From an uncultured Thermoleophilia bacterium (GTDB lineage Bacteria; Actinomycetota; Thermoleophilia; UBA2241), in assembly GCA_963702475.1 (NCBI GenBank), contig CAVPCT010000003.1, positions 512,001 to 576,000 of the forward strand: a stretch of 64,000 nucleotides of DNA, given 5' to 3'. Position 1 is the stretch's first letter. Each line of letters begins with the position of its first letter. The notes under the pieces were generated by a model. That model did no database searches and was not told the origin of the DNA. It saw only the letters and a program-made list of their open reading frames with translations. Positions 58,732-64,000 of the stretch are shown piece after piece. The position numbers were made by a program, and so were the translations under genes.

Positions 58732-60111
58732 ATGGCTTCTGAGTACGACATGGGCACGTCCCGCCTCGTCACGCGGCGCGACTTCCTGAGGACCGGCGTG
58801 CTCGCCGGCGCCGCGCTCGGCGTAGGGGGCGCCCTGACCGGTTCGCTCGCCGCTTGCGGCACCGTGAGCGAGGACTCGGGTGGCACCAGCAGCGGGAGCA
58901 GCTCCGGCGCCGAGGGCCGCGAGCTCAAGATCGGTTTCGTCACGCCGCTCACCGGGCCGCTCGCCTCGTTCGGCATTCCGGACGCGTGGTGCGTGAAGCA
59001 GTGGGAGGCCGCCGTCGCGGACGGCCTCAAGTGCGGCGACGGCCAGGTCCACCCCATCAAGTTCATCGTGAAGGACACACAGTCGGACACCAACCGCGCC
59101 GCGCAGGTGACCGGCGACCTCATCACCAACGACGGCTGCGACATCATCATGGCGGCTTCCACAGCCGACACCGTGCCGCCGGTGGCCGACACGTGCGAGG
59201 CCATGGCCGAGCCGTGCGTCACCAACGACTGCCCGTGGCAGGCGTACTTCTTCGGCCGCGGCGGCGACCCCGCCGTGGGCTTCGAGTGGACCTATCACAG
59301 CTGGTGGGGACTGGAGGGAATCACCGCGACGTTCGTCTCCATGTGGGACTCGATCAAGACCAACAAGAAGGTCGCCGAGATGTGGCCCAACGACGGCGAC
59401 GGCCTCGCCTGGGCCGATGAGAAGACGGGCCAGCCGCCGGTCCTCAAGGCCGGCGGCTACACCATCATCGACGGCGGCCGCTACCAGGACCTCACCGACG
59501 ACTTCACGCCGCAGATCGCGAAGTTCAAGGCGGCCGGCGCCGAGATCCTGAGCGGCGTCATGCTGCCCCCCGACTTCACCAACTTCTGGAAGCAGTCGCT
59601 GCAGCAGGGCTTCAATCCCACCATCGCCACCGTGGGCAAGGCGCTCCTGTTTCCGCAGTCGCTGGAGGCGCTCGGCGACGTCGGCTACAACCTCTCCAGC
59701 GAGTGCTGGTGGTCGCCGAACCACCCGTTCAAGTCCTCGCTGACCGGCCAGACCTGCAAAGAGATCGCCGACCAGTACGAGGCGGACAACAGCGCGCAGT
59801 GGACGCAGCCGATCCTGCACTACGCCATCTTCGAGGTCGTCGCCGACGCCCTCAAGCGCGCGACGAACGTGGACGACAAGGCCGTCATCCGCGACGCCGT
59901 CGCCTCCACCGACATGGAGACCATCGGCGGCCGCATCACGTGGGACAGCGGTGACAAGGCGCTCAACCCGGTCCCGAACGTCTGCACCACCCCCATCACC
60001 GGCGGCCAGTGGGTCAAGGGCGAGAAGTACCCGTACGACCTGGTGGTAGTGAACAACTCGCAGGCTCCCGAAGTCCCGGTACAGGCCGAGCTGCAGCCGC
60101 TCCAGTACTGA
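58732..60111 (+). CDS. Tat-exported LivJ-like (type I) ABC solute-binding lipoprotein
   Basis: TRRDFL, lipobox LAAC, KIGFVTPLTGPLA.FG, KDTQSD.NRA, PWQ..FFGRG, WWSP.HP..SSLTG, GGQW. Confidence 0.9.
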   Translation: MASEYDMGTSRLVTRRDFLRTGVLAGAALGVGGALTGSLAACGTVSEDSGGTSSGSSSGAEGRELKIGFVTPLTGPLASFGIPDAWCVKQWEAAVADGLKCGDGQVHPIKFIVKDTQSDTNRAAQVTGDLITNDGCDIIMAASTADTVPPVADTCEAMAEPCVTNDCPWQAYFFGRGGDPAVGFEWTYHSWWGLEGITATFVSMWDSIKTNKKVAEMWPNDGDGLAWADEKTGQPPVLKAGGYTIIDGGRYQDLTDDFTPQIAKFKAAGAEILSGVMLPPDFTNFWKQSLQQGFNPTIATVGKALLFPQSLEALGDVGYNLSSECWWSPNHPFKSSLTGQTCKEIADQYEADNSAQWTQPILHYAIFEVVADALKRATNVDDKAVIRDAVASTDMETIGGRITWDSGDKALNPVPNVCTTPITGGQWVKGEKYPYDLVVVNNSQAPEVPVQAELQPLQY

Positions 60112-60175
60112 GCTGCGCAGCAGGCTCAACGTGAGGTGCGCCGCAAGGTACACCGCACACTGAGCACAGCACAGA

Positions 60176-60214
60176 GACCGGGGCGGGCGGGCCCTTCGCC
60201 CGCCCGCCCCGGTC
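60176..60214 (+). terminator. 17-bp-stem hairpin after the binding-protein gene
   Basis: GACCGGGGCGGGCGGGC-CCTTC-GCCCGCCCGCCCCGGTC. Confidence 0.7.
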
Positions 60215-60422
60215 CGTCACCTCCGGTCGCCTGCGGCGCACCCCCTGCGCCGCGGCCCGTGACCGCCCATGGGCTCGGCGGCCGCGAGGTACGCGAGGGG
60301 CGCCGTCCTTCCCACGGGACGGCGCCCCTCTTCTTGGCGGCCGACCCGCTCGACGCGGCCTGCGGGCACTCGTGGGCGCCGCACGCATCCTCCCGAGCAT
60401 CGCGCAGGTGCTCTGCGACCGC

Positions 60423-60488
60423 TTGACCCTGTCCGTGCGCCTGCGCTATCGTTCTATTCAGCGGAATGATAGTTCCGATATTCGGAAC
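60423..60488 (+). promoter_or_regulatory. Paralogue 3 promoter with tandem boxes
   Basis: TTGACC-18-TATCGT; TTCTATTCAGCGGAA (60452-66)-N6-TTCCGATATTCGGAA (60473-87; perfect GTTCCG-N5-CGGAAC). Confidence 0.75.
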
Positions 60489-60540
60489 GAAACGGCGGAT
60501 CCGCAGCGATCCCGCCACGGCTTCAGGCGAGGAGGCGGAC

Positions 60541-63500
60541 ATGGCGACGCGAGGGATGCGGCGGGCGGCGCGCACGCTGGACAGGGCGAAGGGCAAGCTC
60601 GCCGCTATCCAGTTCGCGGCCGCGCTGTCCGGCCTTGAGGTCCTGCTGCGCACCACGGCCGCGCGGCACCCGCGGTTCGCTGCGCGGCTCAGGCAGCGCG
60701 ACCTGGTCGCGCTGATCCGCCTGGCCGACGGCAGCATCGCCCGTGCGTACTCCATCCGTGACGGCAGGGTCCGTTCCCGGTCGGGCCTGCACCCGTCGCC
60801 CGACCTCACGATGACCTTCGACTCGGCGGAGGTCGCCAACCGCGTGATGCGGCCTGACCGCGACTACCTCGAGTTCATCGACGCGCTCAAGAACTTCCAG
60901 ATGCACGTCGAGGGCCCCGACGATCTCGCCGTGTGGTTCTCGGAGACGCTCCAGTCGCTGCTCAGCGCCGGTCTCGAGTTCGGCACCGACGCGGGCGAAG
61001 GCGTGCGCCGCTACACGAGTAACACCAACGGCGGGCCCGGTCTTCGTCTACGTGCGAGGACGGCCGGATCCTGCGCATCACGCCAATCGAGTTCGACGCG
61101 GATGATGCGCAGCCGTGGACCATCCACGCACGCGGCACGGCGTTCACGCCGCCGCGCAAGACCACCGTCAGTTCGCACACGCTGGCCTGGAAGTCGCTGA
61201 TCTACTCGCCCGATCGCCTGCTCTACCCGATGAAGCGCGTGGACTGGGACCCGGACGGCGAGCGCAACCCGCAGAACCGCGGCGTCTCCGGATACGAGCG
61301 CATCGGCTGGGACGAGGCGCTCGACCTGGTGGTCGCGGAGATCAAGCGCGTGAAGCGCGAGCACGGGCCGGGCGCCATCATGAACGGCAGCGGCTCGCAC
61401 CACACCTGGGGCGTGCTCGGCTACTGGCTGAGCGCCCGCATCCGCTTCTTCAACATGCTGGGCTGGACCCCTGTGATGCACAACCCCGACAGCTGGGAGG
61501 GCTGGTACTGGGGCGCCGCCCACCATTGGGGCCAGACGGCGCGAAACGGCGGTGGCGAGACCTACGGCACGGTGGAGGACCTGCTGCGGCACGCGGAGAT
61601 GGTCGTGTTCTGGTCGTCCGACCCGGAGGCCACGAGCGGCGTGTATGGCGCGCACGACGGGACGATCCGCCGGCAGTGGCTCAAGGATCTCGGCATCCCG
61701 CTCGTGCACATCGACCCATACCACAACCACACGGCGTCCTGGATGGGGGGCAAGTGGCTGGCGCCGCGGCCGGGGACGGACAGCGCGCTCGTGCTGGCGA
61801 TCGCGCATGTGTGGATGACGGAGGGTCTCTACGACGCGGAGTACGTCGCCGAGCGGACCGTCGGGTTCGAGAAGTGGCGCGCCTACGTCCTCGGCGAGGA
61901 GGACGACGTCGCCAGAACGCCGGAGTGGCAGGAGGCAGAGACCGGCGTGCCCGCGCGCGAGGTGCGTGCGCTCGCGCGCGCGTGGGGCAAGAAGAAGACC
62001 TACCTCGCCGCCGGCGGCCTCGTCGGCTTCGGCGGCGCCTGCCGCACCGCCACCGGCACTGACTGGGCCCGCGGCGTGGTCTGCCTCATGGCCATGCAGG
62101 GTCTCGGTAAGCCGGGCGTGAACATGGGCTGCCTGCAACAGGGCACGCCGCTCGACACGCACTTCTTCTTTCCGGGGTACGCCGAGGGCGGTTACTCCGG
62201 TGACCTCTACGGCACCGCACTGAGCATCAACATGTACCAGCGCATGCCGCAGCTGCCCACCGTCAACACGGTGTCCCAGGTCGTGCCACGCCTCAGGATC
62301 CCCGAGGCCGTCATGGACGGCCACGTGGAGAGCTGGCCCACGGATTCGAAGTCGATCGAGGGCCAGTTCATGCGCTACGAGTACCCGGCCCCCGGTCACA
62401 GCGAGGTCAAGCTGTACTACAAGTACGGCGGCTCGCACTTCGGCACCATGGTCGACACCAACCGCTACGCGCGCATGTACCGCTCGGACAAGCTGGAGTG
62501 CGTCGTGAACCAGGCCATCTGGATGGAGGGCGAGACGAAGTTCGCCGACCTCATCCTGCCGGCGTGCACCAACTTCGAGCGCTGGGACATCAGCGAGTCC
62601 GCCAACTGCGGCGGCTACATCCAGCACGCCTACACGCAGTGCAACCACCGCGTGCTGGTCATGCAGCACAAGTGCATCGAGCCGCTCGGCGAGTCGCGCT
62701 CCGACCACCAGATCTTCCTCGACATCGCCACGCGGCTGGGCCTGGGGTCCATGTACTCCGAAGGCGTCACCGAGCTGGACTGGTGCAAGCGTCTCTTCGA
62801 CGGCACCGACCTGCCGCGGCGCGTCGGCTGGAAGGAGTTCCTGAAGAAGGGCTACTACGTGGTGCCGGCGCCGCCGGAGGAGCGGCGCGACCCCGTCTCG
62901 TACCGCTGGTTCGCCGAGGGCCGGCAGAAGGACACGCCGGAGCTCACGCCGCTGCCGGCCGACTACACGGGGGACTACGGGTACGGGCTCCAGACGCAGT
63001 CGGGCAAGCTCGAGTTCGAGGCGTCGAGCCTCAAGCGTTTCGACGCGGACGACCCCGAGCGCCCGCCGCTCATGAAGTACGTGCCGGCGTGGGAGGGTCC
63101 GCACGCCGCGGAGCTGTTCGCGAAGTACCCGCTGCAGCTCATCACCCCGCACCCCCGGCACAGCTTCCACACGCAGAGCGACGGCAAGCGCGCGGTGGTG
63201 AACGACGTCAAGGACCACCGCGTGCTGGTGGACGGCTACTACTACTGGGTGGTGCGGGTGAGCCCCGCCGACGCGGCGGCCCGGGGTCTGCGGCACCACC
63301 AGCTGGTCAAGGTCTTCAACGACCGCGGAGCGGTGATCTGCGCGGTCCAGCTGACGGAACGCGTCCCGCCCGGTACAGTGCACGCATACGAGTCGTCGGC
63401 CGTCTACGAGCCCATCGGCGAGCCGGGTGAGTCCCCGGACAGGGGCGGGTGCATGAACACGCTCACGCCGGGGCGCAGCATCATCCGCGCGTCGCACTCC

Positions 63501-63554
63501 CTGGCTGCGAACTCCTGCCTCGTGCAGGTGGAGGCCTGGACGCCGGACGACTGA
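60541..63554 (+). CDS. AthL-family Mo enzyme with N-terminal SCP2-like domain (paralogue 3; two apparent +1 frameshifts at ~61039 and ~61055)
   Basis: SD GAGGAGG; removing two bases gives continuous ...SNTNGGPVFVYVEDGRILRITPIEFD...YPMKRVDWDP (~1003 aa); GSHH, HNPDSWEGWYWG, FPGYAEGG, NCGGY. Confidence 0.85.
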
Positions 63555-63616
63555 AGGACCGGGGCTGTACGCCCGCGGGGCCGGAGGCCCGGCGGGCGTA
63601 CGAAAGGGGTCGTCAG

Positions 63617-64000
63617 ATGGCACGAGCGACGGACGGACGCGGGGTCGACGCGGGGGGTGGGTCAGACAAGGGCGCCATGCAGGTGGTCACGAGGGCCGCC
63701 GCGGTGCTGGGCGCTCTCGCCGAGCCAGGCGGCGGCCGCAGTCTCGGGCAGCTGGCCGATCGCACCGGCCTGCCCAAGACGACGGTGCACCGCATCTGCA
63801 CCGCTCTCGAGAGCGTCGGGTACGTGCAGGTGGATCCGGCCACGGGACAGCGCGAGCTCGGCCCGGCGCTGCTGCGTCTCGCGGTGATCGGCCGGCGCGA
63901 CCTGCGCAGCGTTCTCGAGCCGCACCTGGCGCGCCTCTCCCACGACCTCAACGAGACGGTGGACCTCGCCGTGCTGGACGGAGGCAGCATCCTGTTCGTG
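63617..64000 (+). CDS. Second IclR family regulator (runs off the window end)
   Basis: MQVVTRAAAVL.AL, SLGQLADRTGLPKTTVHRI, LGP.L, L.ETVDLAVLDG; not in the ORF track because it is open at the edge. Confidence 0.9.
   Translation, partial: MARATDGRGVDAGGGSDKGAMQVVTRAAAVLGALAEPGGGRSLGQLADRTGLPKTTVHRICTALESVGYVQVDPATGQRELGPALLRLAVIGRRDLRSVLEPHLARLSHDLNETVDLAVLDGGSILFV

Noticed and set aside
39263-63554. Selenocysteine recoding in the molybdoenzymes
   Set aside because: No in-frame TGA at ligand positions; ligands read as Asp or Ser and the breaks are frameshifts.

Overview
High-GC DNA, most likely an anaerobic deep-branching actinobacterium (Thermoleophilia-like; inferred from GC, the Firmicutes-like orders tilS-hpt-ftsH-folEPBK-nadBC-coaX-dusB-greA-lysS and clpC-radA-carD-PIN/TRAM-ispD-ispF, and leaderless promoters). 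Four zones. (1) 0.1-9 kb: amide/amino-acid catabolism (C45 Ntn-hydrolase, D-aminoacylase, PucR regulator, SDR, ald, aldehyde:ferredoxin oxidoreductase). (2) 9-25 kb and 28.7-38.5 kb: core housekeeping plus tRNA-fMet. (3) 25.3-28.7 kb: TA/defence islet (UDG-like fragment, vapBC, brnT remnant, higBA, mrr) whose genes are bracketed by degenerate attC-like arms, suggesting a decayed integron cassette array. (4) 38.5-64 kb: a molybdoenzyme island with a Tat-exported Asp-ligated NarG/PcrA-type enzyme with NrfD anchor and Rrf2 regulator, three pyrogallol-transhydroxylase (AthL)-family paralogues with different active-site loops (one fused to an SCP2-like domain), modABC/mobAB behind a Moco RNA motif, two IclR regulators and an orphan solute-binding lipoprotein. 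Five promoters in that island carry a related tandem 15-bp box. This island is the best candidate for an undescribed system (anaerobic hydroxyaromatic conversion regulon). Six or seven single-base insertions split genes, including essential ones, and are probably sequencing errors. All family assignments come from motifs recognised by eye; no database searches were run.
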